Origin: Clostridia bacterium
GTDB lineage: Bacteria > Bacillota > Clostridia > TANB77 > CAG-508
NCBI GenBank assembly: GCA_017536685.1
Contig: JAFXGW010000025.1
Span: 2,816 to 66,815 of the forward strand
Reading direction: 5' to 3'
DNA length: 64,000 nucleotides
This document shows positions 21,506 to 31,793 of this stretch, piece after piece. The stretch's first letter is position 1. Each line of letters starts with the position of its first letter. Both the position numbers and the translations under genes were made by a program. The notes beneath the pieces are model-generated. The model saw only the letters and a program-made list of their open reading frames with translations. It was not told the origin of the DNA and searched no databases.

Positions 21506-22678
21506 TTAAATAAATTTTTCAAAAACAAGATTTGCAAAATCTAATCCTTTATTAGTTAATTTTATATTATTTAAGTCAACTTTTATCAAATCTTCATCTG
21601 TCAATACACTTATTTCAAATCTAAAATAAAATAACGGGTTTATCTTAAATTTTCTTTCAAAATCTGAAATTTTTACACCCTCAATTTTTCTTAAACCAAG
21701 CATCATAAATTCTTTCATTTGACTTGCTTTATCTTGAATCTCATATAGTTCAATCAATCCTTCATATTTATTATTTTCTAAATCAATTAAATAAGATTCT
21801 TTTCTTAGATTATAAATATTTTTCATGTATTGTTCTAAACAGTCTATATTAGAAAATCTTTTATTTTGATAATAAGAATGTGCAGCTAGTCCAAACCCCA
21901 AATATTCTTCTTGATTCCAACACGCTAAATTGTGTTTTGACTCTTTTCCGTCTTTAGCAAAATTAGAAATTTCATAATGACTATACTCATTTTTTTCTAG
22001 TAATTCTTTTGTTTTCCAATACATTGTTCTTTCTACATTTTCTTCAATTAATTCTAATTGTCTTGTTTTTACTAAATTTTCTAATTCCGTTCCTTCTTCT
22101 AAAATTAATGAGTATATAGATATATGATTTGGATTTAGATTAATTACTTTTTGAACACTTTCTAGAAGTTCATCTTCTGTTTGAGTTGGTATAGCAAGCA
22201 TCAAATCTACATTTATATTTTCAAAACCAACTTCCTTCGCTAAATTATATGTATTTAAGAAGTCTTCAAAATTGTGAATTCTTCCAATTAATTCTAAAAG
22301 TCTATTTTGAGTAGATTGAAGCCCAATACTAACTCTATTTATTCCAGAATTCTTATAATCCTCTAATTTTTCCTTAGTTGCTGTTCCTGGATTTACTTCT
22401 ATAGTAATTTCAGGATATGAATCTATTCTAAATTTATCATATATTTTATCTAAAATACGTTTAATGTTTTTCGATGAAATTAAAGAGGGTGTTCCCCCTC
22501 CTATATAAATTGTAGAAATTACATATTTATCTGAAACATCTCTTTTATCAATTTCAGTAAGTAATGCCTCTATATAGTTTTCTTCATATTGTTCACAACA
22601 AGAAAAAGAAATGAAATCACAGTATTTACATTTCTTTTTACAAAATGGTATATGAATATAAATTCCTAAATTTTCCAT
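21506..22678 (-). CDS. hemW: Radical SAM heme chaperone (HemW/HemN family)
   Basis: YIHIPFCKKKCKYCDF, GGGTPS, YEISNF; usual position upstream of hrcA. Confidence 0.92.
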   Translation of the reverse strand: MENLGIYIHIPFCKKKCKYCDFISFSCCEQYEENYIEALLTEIDKRDVSDKYVISTIYIGGGTPSLISSKNIKRILDKIYDKFRIDSYPEITIEVNPGTATKEKLEDYKNSGINRVSIGLQSTQNRLLELIGRIHNFEDFLNTYNLAKEVGFENINVDLMLAIPTQTEDELLESVQKVINLNPNHISIYSLILEEGTELENLVKTRQLELIEENVERTMYWKTKELLEKNEYSHYEISNFAKDGKESKHNLACWNQEEYLGFGLAAHSYYQNKRFSNIDCLEQYMKNIYNLRKESYLIDLENNKYEGLIELYEIQDKASQMKEFMMLGLRKIEGVKISDFERKFKINPLFYFRFEISVLTDEDLIKVDLNNIKLTNKGLDFANLVFEKFI

Positions 22679-22679
22679 T

Positions 22680-23543
22680 CTAATTTTTTCCTTCTCTTAA
22701 CTCTTCTGCAAATTCATGAATTCTTTGAAGCCTATGATTAACTCCAGATTTTCCAATTGGATTTTCTAAAAGTTCCCCTAAAACTTTTAAACTTGCATCT
22801 GGATTTTCTAACCTTAGTATTGCAATTTCTTTTAATTCATTCGGTAATTCTTCAAACTTATTTAGTTTTTGAATTAATTTAATATCATTTACTTGGTTTA
22901 CAGAAGCATTAACAATTTTATTTAAATTTGCAGTTTCGCAATTTACCAATCTATTTACATTATTTTTTATTTCTTTTGTTATTCTAACATCTTCAAATAA
23001 AAGTACTCCTTTATTTGCTCCAAGTAATGCCAAAAATTTAGAAATTTCTTCCCCATCTTTAATATAAAGTTGAATCTTATTTTCAAGTTCTAAAACTTTT
23101 AAAAATATCCCATAAGCTTTACATATATTTAAAATATATTCAGCATTATTTTTTTCTACAAAAGTTATCTCTAAATGATATTGTTTATTTGGATCTGTAA
23201 TAGAACCGGCTCCTAAAAAAGCTCCTTTTACAATTGCTTTTCTAACATCATCATTATTATCTATTTTTAAAGTCATTAGTTCTTCTACTTTTTCAGTCTT
23301 TTTAATAATTGCAACAAAAACTTTTCCTCTTACCTCTGGCTCATATTCAATTTCCAAATTAAATAAGATTTTATAAAATCTTTCAATATTGAATTCATTT
23401 TCTGTTATAAATTCTAAAAATTCTTCATTATTTGTAGTGTTTCCAGTCAAAATATATCCTAAAAATTCAGCTTCTAATAAGGCTTTATTTTTTAAATTAT
23501 TTACTTTACTTAGTTCTTCTTTTATATCTGACGAAAAAGACAT
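22680..23543 (-). CDS. whiA: DNA-binding protein WhiA
   Basis: GAFLGAGSITDP, NRLVNCETANL, KSGVNHRL. Confidence 0.95.
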   Translation of the reverse strand: MSFSSDIKEELSKVNNLKNKALLEAEFLGYILTGNTTNNEEFLEFITENEFNIERFYKILFNLEIEYEPEVRGKVFVAIIKKTEKVEELMTLKIDNNDDVRKAIVKGAFLGAGSITDPNKQYHLEITFVEKNNAEYILNICKAYGIFLKVLELENKIQLYIKDGEEISKFLALLGANKGVLLFEDVRITKEIKNNVNRLVNCETANLNKIVNASVNQVNDIKLIQKLNKFEELPNELKEIAILRLENPDASLKVLGELLENPIGKSGVNHRLQRIHEFAEELREGKN

Positions 23544-23633
23544 TTTTTTCTCCTTCATTTCCTTGTTTTACAATAAATAAAACTTTATATTAAAATTTCA
23601 TCTATATGTTATCCACATTTAATTGTCAATTTG

Positions 23634-24485
23634 TTAAATTTGTCCAACCACAATTCTATCATTACCACCAAGATCTTTTCTTGAGTAAATATTTTTATAT
23701 CCATTTTCTTTTAAAATTTGTTTTACTGCCAATTTTTGATTATATCCAATTTCAAAAGCTAAATATCCATTCACATTTAAGTATTTTTTTGCATCTTTGG
23801 CAATTCTTCTATAGAAATCTAATCCATCTTCTCCACCATCTAAAGCAAGTATTGGTTCTTTTTTTACTTCTTCTGATAAAGTTTCAATCATATTTTTTTC
23901 AATATACGGTGGATTAGAGACTATTATATCAAATTTATATAAACTAGAAATTTTTTCAAACAAATCTGATTCAAAAAACAAAACGTTAGCAGCATTTCTA
24001 GTTGAATTTTCTTCAGCAATATTTAGAGCTTCTTTACTTATATCAGAAGCATAAACTAAACATTTTTTTATTAATTTACTAATAGAAATTGCTATCGCCC
24101 CACTCCCAGTACATAAATCCAAAATTCTTAATTCTTCTTTTAAATTTTTTCTTGATTTATCTGAAAGAAGTATTACTTCTTCAACTAAATTTTCGGTATC
24201 TGGTTGTGGAATTAAAACATTTTCATCCACATAAAATTCAAATCCCATAAATTCTTGTTTATTTATAATATATTGTAATGGCTCATAATTCTTTAATCTC
24301 TCTATTTTTTCTTGAAAAATTCTATTTAATCCATCTTCTATTTCTTCTTCATCATGTGAAATTAAATATTCTTTGTTTTTTCCTAATAGATCCGCTAAAA
24401 TAATTTTTGCTTTCATATTAGAATCTTCAATATCATTATCTTTTAAAATTTTAATTCCATTTAAAAGTACATCTTTTATTTTCAT
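23634..24485 (-). CDS. prmC: Release factor glutamine methyltransferase
   Basis: VLIPQPDTE, LDLCTGSG, SNPPY. Confidence 0.96.
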   Translation of the reverse strand: MKIKDVLLNGIKILKDNDIEDSNMKAKIILADLLGKNKEYLISHDEEEIEDGLNRIFQEKIERLKNYEPLQYIINKQEFMGFEFYVDENVLIPQPDTENLVEEVILLSDKSRKNLKEELRILDLCTGSGAIAISISKLIKKCLVYASDISKEALNIAEENSTRNAANVLFFESDLFEKISSLYKFDIIVSNPPYIEKNMIETLSEEVKKEPILALDGGEDGLDFYRRIAKDAKKYLNVNGYLAFEIGYNQKLAVKQILKENGYKNIYSRKDLGGNDRIVVGQI

Positions 24486-24564
24486 AAAATCACTCCCATT
24501 TTCTATTTTATGAATTTTGCTTTATTTTTCTTTTATAGTCTATCATTTTTTTCAAAAAAAATCA

Positions 24565-24592
24565 ACAGCGCCGGTCATACGACCAGCGCTGT
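24565..24592 (-). terminator. GC-rich terminator after the 24604 gene
   Basis: acagcgc-cggtcatacgacca-gcgctgt followed by a U-rich tract on the minus strand. Confidence 0.75.
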
Positions 24593-24603
24593 CTTAGGAG
24601 TTC

Positions 24604-25431
24604 TTAAAGCTCTCTTCTGGTACAGAAGTACGCATCGACGTACATATCCTTAAGAGTCTTCTCGAGGTCCTTTGCCATAGGCACCAGAGCTCTGTCCTCA
24701 TCGGTGATGGCAAACTGCAGATTGGTAATTCTGGCATTGGTTTCCTCATTAAGAGCCATATACCTGAAAGTATTATTCGCCAAATCTTCAGGATATGCTC
24801 TCTGCAGAGCCGGCTCCACAACGGAATTAAACCACTCATTGTTCATGAGAACACCAGTACGCTCATAAACCATACCTGCCAGCATAATAAATCCGATTCG
24901 TTCGAATTCAGCAACCTGGCGACGCAGCTCCTTACCGTCAATCTTGATGGACGTATCATGGCGAACCACGAAAATGTCCTGAAAACGAAGAGATGCATCA
25001 ATAAGCTCTTCTCTGAGAATTGCATCCAGAATTGCGTCCTGGAACATATGCACACGAAGTGCATGATAATACTTGTGTCCGAAATTATGCAAATCGAACT
25101 CACGGATGTCGGTCTTCTCGCCAATAACGCAAGGCAAATAGCCATCTGCGTAGTGGAAGTCGACCTCAGTTTTGAAGCTTTCCTTAGACAGTTTCTTCAG
25201 TTTCTCCTCAGTGGGAAAAGTCATGAAAGAAACGTTGTTGCCGTCGGGAGTCTTCTCAAAGTGGCTGATAGGTCTCGGTCCGCTGTAAGCTCGGATCCCA
25301 TCGGGAAGCACCACAAAGGGTACCTCATTCTGGAATTCTTCCATGAGCTTAGCAAAGTCTGCCGCAGAGCGTTCGCCCCGCTTAGAATACTTCGCCAAAA
25401 AATAGATACCTGCATGCTGAATAGAAATCAT
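24604..25431 (-). CDS. GC-rich hypothetical protein, possibly zinc-dependent phospholipase C/nuclease fold
   Basis: 275-aa ORF with RBS aggagg; motif order H(N-term)...LPD...SHF...HxxxD resembles Zn_dep_PLPC-like proteins (inference). Confidence 0.55.
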   Translation of the reverse strand: MISIQHAGIYFLAKYSKRGERSAADFAKLMEEFQNEVPFVVLPDGIRAYSGPRPISHFEKTPDGNNVSFMTFPTEEKLKKLSKESFKTEVDFHYADGYLPCVIGEKTDIREFDLHNFGHKYYHALRVHMFQDAILDAILREELIDASLRFQDIFVVRHDTSIKIDGKELRRQVAEFERIGFIMLAGMVYERTGVLMNNEWFNSVVEPALQRAYPEDLANNTFRYMALNEETNARITNLQFAITDEDRALVPMAKDLEKTLKDMYVDAYFCTRREL

Positions 25432-25520
25432 TGGGTTATCCTCCTTTTTTTCTCATCATTACTTAGTTTAAATTTTAATGACGAGTTGGCTTTCGCCTTT
25501 TTGTATATAAATACATTAAT

Positions 25521-25549
25521 ATTATAACACAATTTACATAATTTTTCAA
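25521..25549 (-). promoter_or_regulatory. Sigma-A promoter of the 24604 gene
   Basis: TTGAAA-N17-TATAAT with TGn. Confidence 0.7.
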
Positions 25550-25636
25550 ATTTTACTTTTATAGTATTTGGGCATATAAAAATCGATATTCTTATACTAT
25601 ATTTGAATATCGATTGATTTATAATTTCACATAAAA

Positions 25637-25848
25637 AAGCCCCACGTCCAAGCCGTAAGATGAAAGAATTTTTATGGACCTGTACTCACACAGGTGGGTG
25701 CCTTCCTAAATGCTCCTGGGTTACTTACATAAATGCAAGCCTACACGCCACATCCAGAGTTCGGGCTCCCTTCTCCAAAACTTTGTAGGTTCTAAAAATT
25801 CTGCCTATACGCACTACGCAGGGAAAATCATAAACTTATTAACTTATT
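25637..25848 (-). ncRNA. ssrS: 6S RNA (boundaries approximate)
   Basis: GC-rich non-coding island; minus strand CCCTGCG...GGGAGC...CCCACCTG...ACGGC...GTGGGGC resembles Firmicutes 6S; upstream TTGAAA-N17-TAAAAT (25857-25885). Confidence 0.75.
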
Positions 25849-25980
25849 CTATATTTATTTTAGCACATTTTTATTTAATTTTCAAATTTAATATTCCTCA
25901 ATTATCATAATTATATACATATATATCTTAATATCATATTATATTGTTAATTTTCTAACTTTTTCATATAATTAGCCTAT

Positions 25981-26048
25981 TTGATTTTTTCTTCAAAATA
26001 TGTTATAATTAATTAACTTCGTGATATTTTTTCACGAAGTATTTTTTT
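25981..26048 (+). promoter_or_regulatory. Sigma-A-like promoter immediately followed by a terminator, with no gene between
   Basis: TTGATT-N17-TATAAT (TGn), then acttcgtga-N7-tcacgaagt plus a T7 tract. Confidence 0.6.
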
Positions 26049-26158
26049 GCATTTATATACTTATTTATGTTAATTTATTACTTCTTTATAGTATTTTAAT
26101 TTTATTTTTGTATAAGAATTCATATTATTGTCTCATTTATTATATTTAATATCAATTT

Positions 26159-27088
26159 TCACTTATTTATTTTCTCAGTTTGTTCAAAATCAGGCACATA
26201 TTGCTCTTCATTTTCTTCTAGATCTTGTATATATCCATCTAAATTTAACTCATATACATATTCTTCAACTTCTCTATACTCTTTTTCTGTTAATTTTCTA
26301 TTTATATCTATACATTCCATTGCTTTATTTGATGGAAAATATTGTGCCATTATACTTACTAGTATATCATCTTTAAATGTTGTTTTTATCCAATTCAAAA
26401 CTTTTTTGCTATTTTCTATATGATTTGGTAATACTAAATGTCTTATTATTACGCCTTTCTTTATCATACCATTTTCATCTAATTCCGGTTTTCCAACTTG
26501 TTTATACATTTCTTTTATACTTTCTGTAGCATATTCAAAATAATTTTCTACACCAGAAAGTCTTTTTGCTAACTCATTTTCATAATATTTTAAATCCGGT
26601 AAATATACATCTATATAACCATCTAACATTTTTATTATTTCAGGATTTTCATATCCACTTGAATTATATATTATTGGTATTTTCAATCCTCTCTGTTTTG
26701 CATATTTTAAAGCATCAATTATTTGAGGTATATACATCACTCCTGTAACTAAATTTATATTATTAGCCTTTAAATCTTGCAATTTTAAAAATTCTTCAGC
26801 TAAATTTTCTTTTTCAATCTCTTTACCAAGCATTTCTTGACTAATTTTATAATTTTGACAAAACTTGCAATTCATATTACAACCCGTAAAAAACACCGTT
26901 CCAGAACCATTTTTTCCGCTTATGCATGGTTCTTCAAAATAATGTAAATTGGCAAGTGCAATTTTGGCTTTTTTTCCAGCTTTGCATCTTCCTAATTCTC
27001 CATTTTTTCTATTTACTTTACACTTATGTGGACATAATATACATGCTTCAAAAATATTGTTCTCCATACAAAATCTCTTTTCTTTCAT
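26159..27088 (-). CDS. Radical SAM protein (PflX-like)
   Basis: CILCPHKC, EEPCISG, FTGCNMNCKFCQN, IIRHLVLP. Confidence 0.88.
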   Translation of the reverse strand: MKEKRFCMENNIFEACILCPHKCKVNRKNGELGRCKAGKKAKIALANLHYFEEPCISGKNGSGTVFFTGCNMNCKFCQNYKISQEMLGKEIEKENLAEEFLKLQDLKANNINLVTGVMYIPQIIDALKYAKQRGLKIPIIYNSSGYENPEIIKMLDGYIDVYLPDLKYYENELAKRLSGVENYFEYATESIKEMYKQVGKPELDENGMIKKGVIIRHLVLPNHIENSKKVLNWIKTTFKDDILVSIMAQYFPSNKAMECIDINRKLTEKEYREVEEYVYELNLDGYIQDLEENEEQYVPDFEQTEKINK

Positions 27089-27230
27089 CCTTAATGTTAA
27101 AAATTATACCACGAATTTACTTATAAATCTATACATACTTTAAAATGCTATTTATATTATGTATCTTAATCAATAATCACATTTTTAATTTTATATTTTA
27201 CATTTCCAAATACTCAATAAATTAAATTTA

Positions 27231-27926
27231 TTATTCTAAAATTTCACTTGATAACTTAGAAATTGCTTTACTTTCAATTCTAGATACATACGATCTACTA
27301 ATATTCATCATTTTTGCAATTTCTTTTTGCGTTTTTGGCTTTTCTCCATTTAATCCAAACCTTAATTCTATAATAATTTTTTCTCTATCTCTTAAAATAT
27401 TTTTCATTTTTTCATATAATTGCTTAATTTTTAATTTTAAATCCACTTCATCTTCTACATTTCTATCATTATTTTCTAAAACTTCTTGAAGTGTTACTTC
27501 ATTATCATCTTTGTCTTTTCCAATTGGTTCATTTAAATATACATCTGCACCTCTTTTTTTATTGCTTCTTAAATACATTAAAATTTCATTTTCTATACAT
27601 TTTGCAATATATGTCGCTAATTTAAAATTTTTATCCATATTAAAACTGTTTATCCCTTTTATTAAACCAATACTTCCAATTGAAATCAAATCATCTTGTT
27701 CCACATTAGTAGAAGAATACTTTTTTGCAATATGTGCAACTAATCTCAAATTTCTCTCAATTAATATATTTCTAGCTTCTGTATCTCCATTCTTCATTTT
27801 TTCAAGATACATTTTTTCTTCTTCTTGACTTAGTGGTTCTGGAAATAAATTAGAACTTTGTATATACCCCACTCCAAAAAATATTGGATTTAAAAGCATT
27901 AAACTACACATAGAAAATATAAACAT
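27231..27926 (-). CDS. sigK: Pro-sigma-K sporulation sigma factor, uninterrupted (no skin element)
   Basis: Hydrophobic pro-sequence, FPEPLS, IERNLRLVAHIAKKY, TQKEIAKMMNISRSYVSRIE. Confidence 0.88.
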   Translation of the reverse strand: MFIFSMCSLMLLNPIFFGVGYIQSSNLFPEPLSQEEEKMYLEKMKNGDTEARNILIERNLRLVAHIAKKYSSTNVEQDDLISIGSIGLIKGINSFNMDKNFKLATYIAKCIENEILMYLRSNKKRGADVYLNEPIGKDKDDNEVTLQEVLENNDRNVEDEVDLKLKIKQLYEKMKNILRDREKIIIELRFGLNGEKPKTQKEIAKMMNISRSYVSRIESKAISKLSSEILE

Positions 27927-27965
27927 ATATCCCTCCATTATAATATTAAAAATCCTTATAACTTT

Positions 27966-27993
27966 AGTATATGTGCTAAAAAAACATTCGTGC
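27966..27993 (-). promoter_or_regulatory. Possible sigma-K/sigma-E promoter of sigK
   Basis: Minus strand GCAC-N16-CATATACT. Confidence 0.4.
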
Positions 27994-28016
27994 CTGACCA
28001 CGTAAATTAAAAAGAA

Positions 28017-28054
28017 AAAAGCCGAACCAGAATATTCATTCTGTTTCGACTTTT
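28017..28054 (-). terminator. Terminator after the cell wall hydrolase gene
   Basis: Imperfect stem aaaagccgaaccagaat / attctgtttcgactttt. Confidence 0.65.
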
Positions 28055-28067
28055 CCTTTGGATTTCA

Positions 28068-29039
28068 TTATTTCATTTTTTCAAAATCAAAATGGAAATT
28101 ATGATTTCCGATCACCATAACCTTGATGCCTTCACGAACTTCAGCTTGCCATCCAGACACAGTTTTAGGATTATAGAAATACAAAGCACCTTCTTCAAAT
28201 ACTTCACGAGTTGGATCCCAGCCTCGGCAAGCATCTTCTACAGCCCTTATACAGTCAGGAACATTTTTCAATTTTCCGTCTGTAACATCAGCTATTGAAG
28301 CAAATTGCCCACTTTGTTCTATGATGTCTAAGATTGAATCTCTATCAAAAATCGGATCTGTTGAGAAATATCTATTCAAGACAACAGCAGCTACCGCTAC
28401 TTTTCCCTCATATTCTTCTCCTCTTGCTTCGGCCCACACTAATTTTGCAATATTAATTATATCGTCTTTTGAAAGAATATATACAAAACAGTTGTAAGGT
28501 CCATCAGGAGAAATTTTATATTCGGTAAGTTTTGCCGGCTTATATTCCTCTTGTAATGGTTCTGTAGTCTCCTCAACAACAGCTTCAGTTTCATGAGTCT
28601 GTGGTTCTGTTTCTCTTTCGACCGTTTCTGTTGGAAGTTTTGTAATCTCAAATTTTTCATTTTCAGCTACCATTTGTGTGTCAAGTTGAGTTTCTGTTGT
28701 ACTTAATGTATGCTGTTCATTATTTTGTTCGTTGTCCTTTATAGTCTCCTCTCGTTCAAATTTTCTTGTTGCTTCGCCATGTTCTGTATAATAGCTATTA
28801 TTTTCCCGAACGCAAGCCTTAGATTCAGTATCCATAATAATGAATTGTAGGAATACTATCATCATCGTGAATACCAAATAAATCGCCTGTTTTATTGCTC
28901 TTGATTTTCTTTTCTTCCCACCTTTGGAGTGCTTTTTATTTTCTTTAATAAGCACTCTAATTTGAGTATTCTGATACTTCTGGCAATAATTCAATTTAAG
29001 ATGTTCGTTCATACATCTGGTGAATTGGCTTTTTTCCAC
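28068..29039 (-). CDS. Membrane-anchored cell wall hydrolase (SleB/CwlJ Hydrolase_2 family)
   Basis: TM, E/T-rich linker, then LVWAEARGE...KVAVAAVVLNR...GQF...GALYFYNP...GNHNF; GTG start after ggaggagg. Confidence 0.85.
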   Translation of the reverse strand: MEKSQFTRCMNEHLKLNYCQKYQNTQIRVLIKENKKHSKGGKKRKSRAIKQAIYLVFTMMIVFLQFIIMDTESKACVRENNSYYTEHGEATRKFEREETIKDNEQNNEQHTLSTTETQLDTQMVAENEKFEITKLPTETVERETEPQTHETEAVVEETTEPLQEEYKPAKLTEYKISPDGPYNCFVYILSKDDIINIAKLVWAEARGEEYEGKVAVAAVVLNRYFSTDPIFDRDSILDIIEQSGQFASIADVTDGKLKNVPDCIRAVEDACRGWDPTREVFEEGALYFYNPKTVSGWQAEVREGIKVMVIGNHNFHFDFEKMK

Positions 29040-29104
29040 ATTTCCTCCTCCAGTCTTCCTCTTATGTTTATGTGATTGCCAAAGCAAAAAATTCGCTTAT
29101 TTAT

Positions 29105-29133
29105 ATTATACTAAAAAAATCAATTTTTTTCAA
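29105..29133 (-). promoter_or_regulatory. Sigma-A promoter of the hydrolase gene
   Basis: TTGAAA-N17-TATAAT. Confidence 0.65.
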
Positions 29134-29238
29134 ATTTTAGTATTTTATCCCTTATATATATCCTTATTTATCTATATAAATATTTTTATTTAGGCATATT
29201 TATTTTCAACCTTGATTCTATTTTCATTATATATTTTT

Positions 29239-30870
29239 CTAAGCAATTTTAGGATATCTTAATTCTTTAGCATGTTTTATAGAAATATCAGTTACTGTTC
29301 CGCTTGTTATTCTAGCAATTTCTTCTAATATTTCTAATTCATTTAATTCTTTCACTTTTGTTTTGGTCTTTTCATTTTCAACTTCTTTACAAATAAAATA
29401 ATTATGTTCGCCTTTTGCAGCTATACTAGCCAAGTGAGTCACACATATTACTTGATGATTTTCAGATATCTTCCTCATTTTTTCTCCTGTAGCATTTGCA
29501 GCAAGTCCACTTATTCCAGTATCAATCTCATCAAAAATAATTACCGGAATTCTATCTACATCAGCTAAAACACTTTTTATAGCTAACATTATTCTTGACA
29601 TTTCTCCACCAGAGGCTATTTTTATTAATGATTTAGCTTCTTCACCAACGTTAGTTGATATTACAAATTCTACTTTATCCAAACCATTTGAATTAAAATT
29701 TATTTCCTTTGAAAATTCTACATCAATAGAAAATTTTGCACTTTTCATTTCTAATTCTTTTAATTCATAATTAATTTTTTGACTTAATATATTGGCATAC
29801 TTATTTCTTATGATATTTATATTTTTAGCACTTTCCAACATTTCTTTTTCTATTTTATTTAAAGTACTTTTTAATTTTAAAATATAGCTTTCTAAATTTT
29901 CAATTTCAAAAATTTCTTGTTTTACTTTTTCTTTATAATTTAAAATTTCTTCAATATTATTTCCATATTTTCTTTTTAAAGAATTTATTAAATCTATCCT
30001 TTTTTCAATTTCATTTAATTCATCTTCATCATAATACATATCTTCACTTAATGATGCTATATCATAAGATACTTCCTGAATTTCATAGTATGCATTTCTT
30101 AATCTTTCAACAATTATATTATATCCAGAATTGTATTGTTCTATTTTTTCGATTGCTTTGATAGCTATATTTAAGCTATCAATTGCATTATTGCTAATTT
30201 GATTTTCTGCTTCTGCTAAATTAGTACTTATTTTTTCGGAAGACATTATTATTCTTCTTCTATTTTCTAATTCCTCTTCTTCATCTTTTTTTAGATTAGC
30301 AATTTCTATTTCATTAACTTGATAATTTAATAAATCTAATTTTCTTTGTTTTTCCTTATCATCACCATAATTTTTATTCAATTCTGATTTTAAATTCAAA
30401 TATTCTTCATAATTTCTTTTATACTTTATTTTTAATTCTTTTATTTCTTCATTAGAATAGTCATCTAATAATTCTATATGCGTATTTATATTTAAAAGAG
30501 ATTGGTTATCATTTTGTCCATGAATATCAATTACATTCGACATAAAACATTTTAATTCACAAACAGTTACTAACCTGCCATTAATTCTACAAAGATTTCT
30601 TCCTGATATATTTAATTCTCTTGATACAATTATCATATCTTCTTCAAAACCTTGATTTGGTAAATAAATACAAGCTTCTATAAAAGCATTTTTTTCACCA
30701 TGCCTAATTATTTCTTTTGAAAATCTTCCACCAGATAATATTTGAAGGGAATTTATTATAAGAGATTTTCCAGCACCTGTTTCTCCTGTTAATACATTAA
30801 ATCCACTATTTAGATTTATTGTTATATCATCAATAATTCCTATATTTTTTATATGCAAAGTATTTATCAT
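29239..30870 (-). CDS. recN: DNA repair protein RecN
   Basis: TGETGAGKS, ASGGEMSR, IFDEIDTG. Confidence 0.97.
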   Translation of the reverse strand: MINTLHIKNIGIIDDITINLNSGFNVLTGETGAGKSLIINSLQILSGGRFSKEIIRHGEKNAFIEACIYLPNQGFEEDMIIVSRELNISGRNLCRINGRLVTVCELKCFMSNVIDIHGQNDNQSLLNINTHIELLDDYSNEEIKELKIKYKRNYEEYLNLKSELNKNYGDDKEKQRKLDLLNYQVNEIEIANLKKDEEEELENRRRIIMSSEKISTNLAEAENQISNNAIDSLNIAIKAIEKIEQYNSGYNIIVERLRNAYYEIQEVSYDIASLSEDMYYDEDELNEIEKRIDLINSLKRKYGNNIEEILNYKEKVKQEIFEIENLESYILKLKSTLNKIEKEMLESAKNINIIRNKYANILSQKINYELKELEMKSAKFSIDVEFSKEINFNSNGLDKVEFVISTNVGEEAKSLIKIASGGEMSRIMLAIKSVLADVDRIPVIIFDEIDTGISGLAANATGEKMRKISENHQVICVTHLASIAAKGEHNYFICKEVENEKTKTKVKELNELEILEEIARITSGTVTDISIKHAKELRYPKIA

Positions 30871-31153
30871 AATATCTCAATCCTTCCATTTATATTAGTC
30901 AACGCGCTTAATTAACCAAAAATATGTTCGTCAATGATATTATATATAATTTTATTTTTTTGTCAATACATTTGTTCGCTTTATTTTATATTTTATCTAT
31001 ATTTACAAAATATATTTTTTCACAAAAAAAAGCCATTAATTGAAGTTAACTCTAAAAAGATCACTTCAATTATGGCTCATATATTTTTACATTTAATTCT
31101 AGTGCTTTTTTATTTTTCATACAATTTACTATCAACTATAATTTTATAAAATC

Positions 31154-31648
31154 TTATAATTCTAAAACAATTTTCTTACCAGTTGATTTATATTCTGTAT
31201 ATTTTACTCCACAAGAATCAAACATCATTTTAGAAACAATTACATTATCAGAGTCTTTATATTTATCTTCTTTATATATTACTTCTTTTATTCCCGCTTG
31301 AATTATAGCTTTTGCACACTCATTGCAAGGAAATAATTTTACATATATTTTTGAACCTGTTAAATCTCCTCTATAATTTAATATAGCATTAAGTTCTGCA
31401 TGGCATACATATGCATATTTTGTTTCTATAAATGATCCATGTCTTTGCCAATGCATTTTATCATCATGAAGACCTCTTGGTGCACCATTATATCCCATTG
31501 ATAAAATTCTATTATCTTTACTTACTATACACGCTCCAACTTCAGTATTAGGATCTTTACTTCTTTCAGCAGAAAGCATAGCTATTCCCATAAAATATTC
31601 ATCCCAAGATATGTAATCTTCTCTTTTTGTATTTTTATTTTCTTCCAT
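31154..31648 (-). CDS. dCMP deaminase (ComEB-like)
   Basis: ISWDEYFM, HAELNA, PCNEC. Confidence 0.93.
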   Translation of the reverse strand: MEENKNTKREDYISWDEYFMGIAMLSAERSKDPNTEVGACIVSKDNRILSMGYNGAPRGLHDDKMHWQRHGSFIETKYAYVCHAELNAILNYRGDLTGSKIYVKLFPCNECAKAIIQAGIKEVIYKEDKYKDSDNVIVSKMMFDSCGVKYTEYKSTGKKIVLEL

Positions 31649-31738
31649 ATAAATTCACCTCTTATTATTCTTATATCATACAATATCTTATTTTTCAATA
31701 TAAATCGTTTGGCAATTATTTTGCACAAAAACGCGAGA

Positions 31739-31771
31739 AGACCCTCGAGATTTTAGCAATCTCGAAGGTCT
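31739..31771 (-). terminator. Hairpin after the C39 peptidase gene
   Basis: agaccctcgagatt-ttagc-aatctcgaaggtct. Confidence 0.7.
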
Positions 31772-31793
31772 AATCATTTTTAGAGTTTTACGT

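Noticed and set aside
24594-25527. Several alternative-frame ORFs (81, 100, 189, 64 aa) over the GC-rich gene
   Set aside because: Expected from higher GC and fewer stops; only 24604-25431 has an RBS, promoter and terminator
27231-27926. skin-like element interrupting sigK
   Set aside because: The sigK ORF is continuous from pro-sequence to region 4
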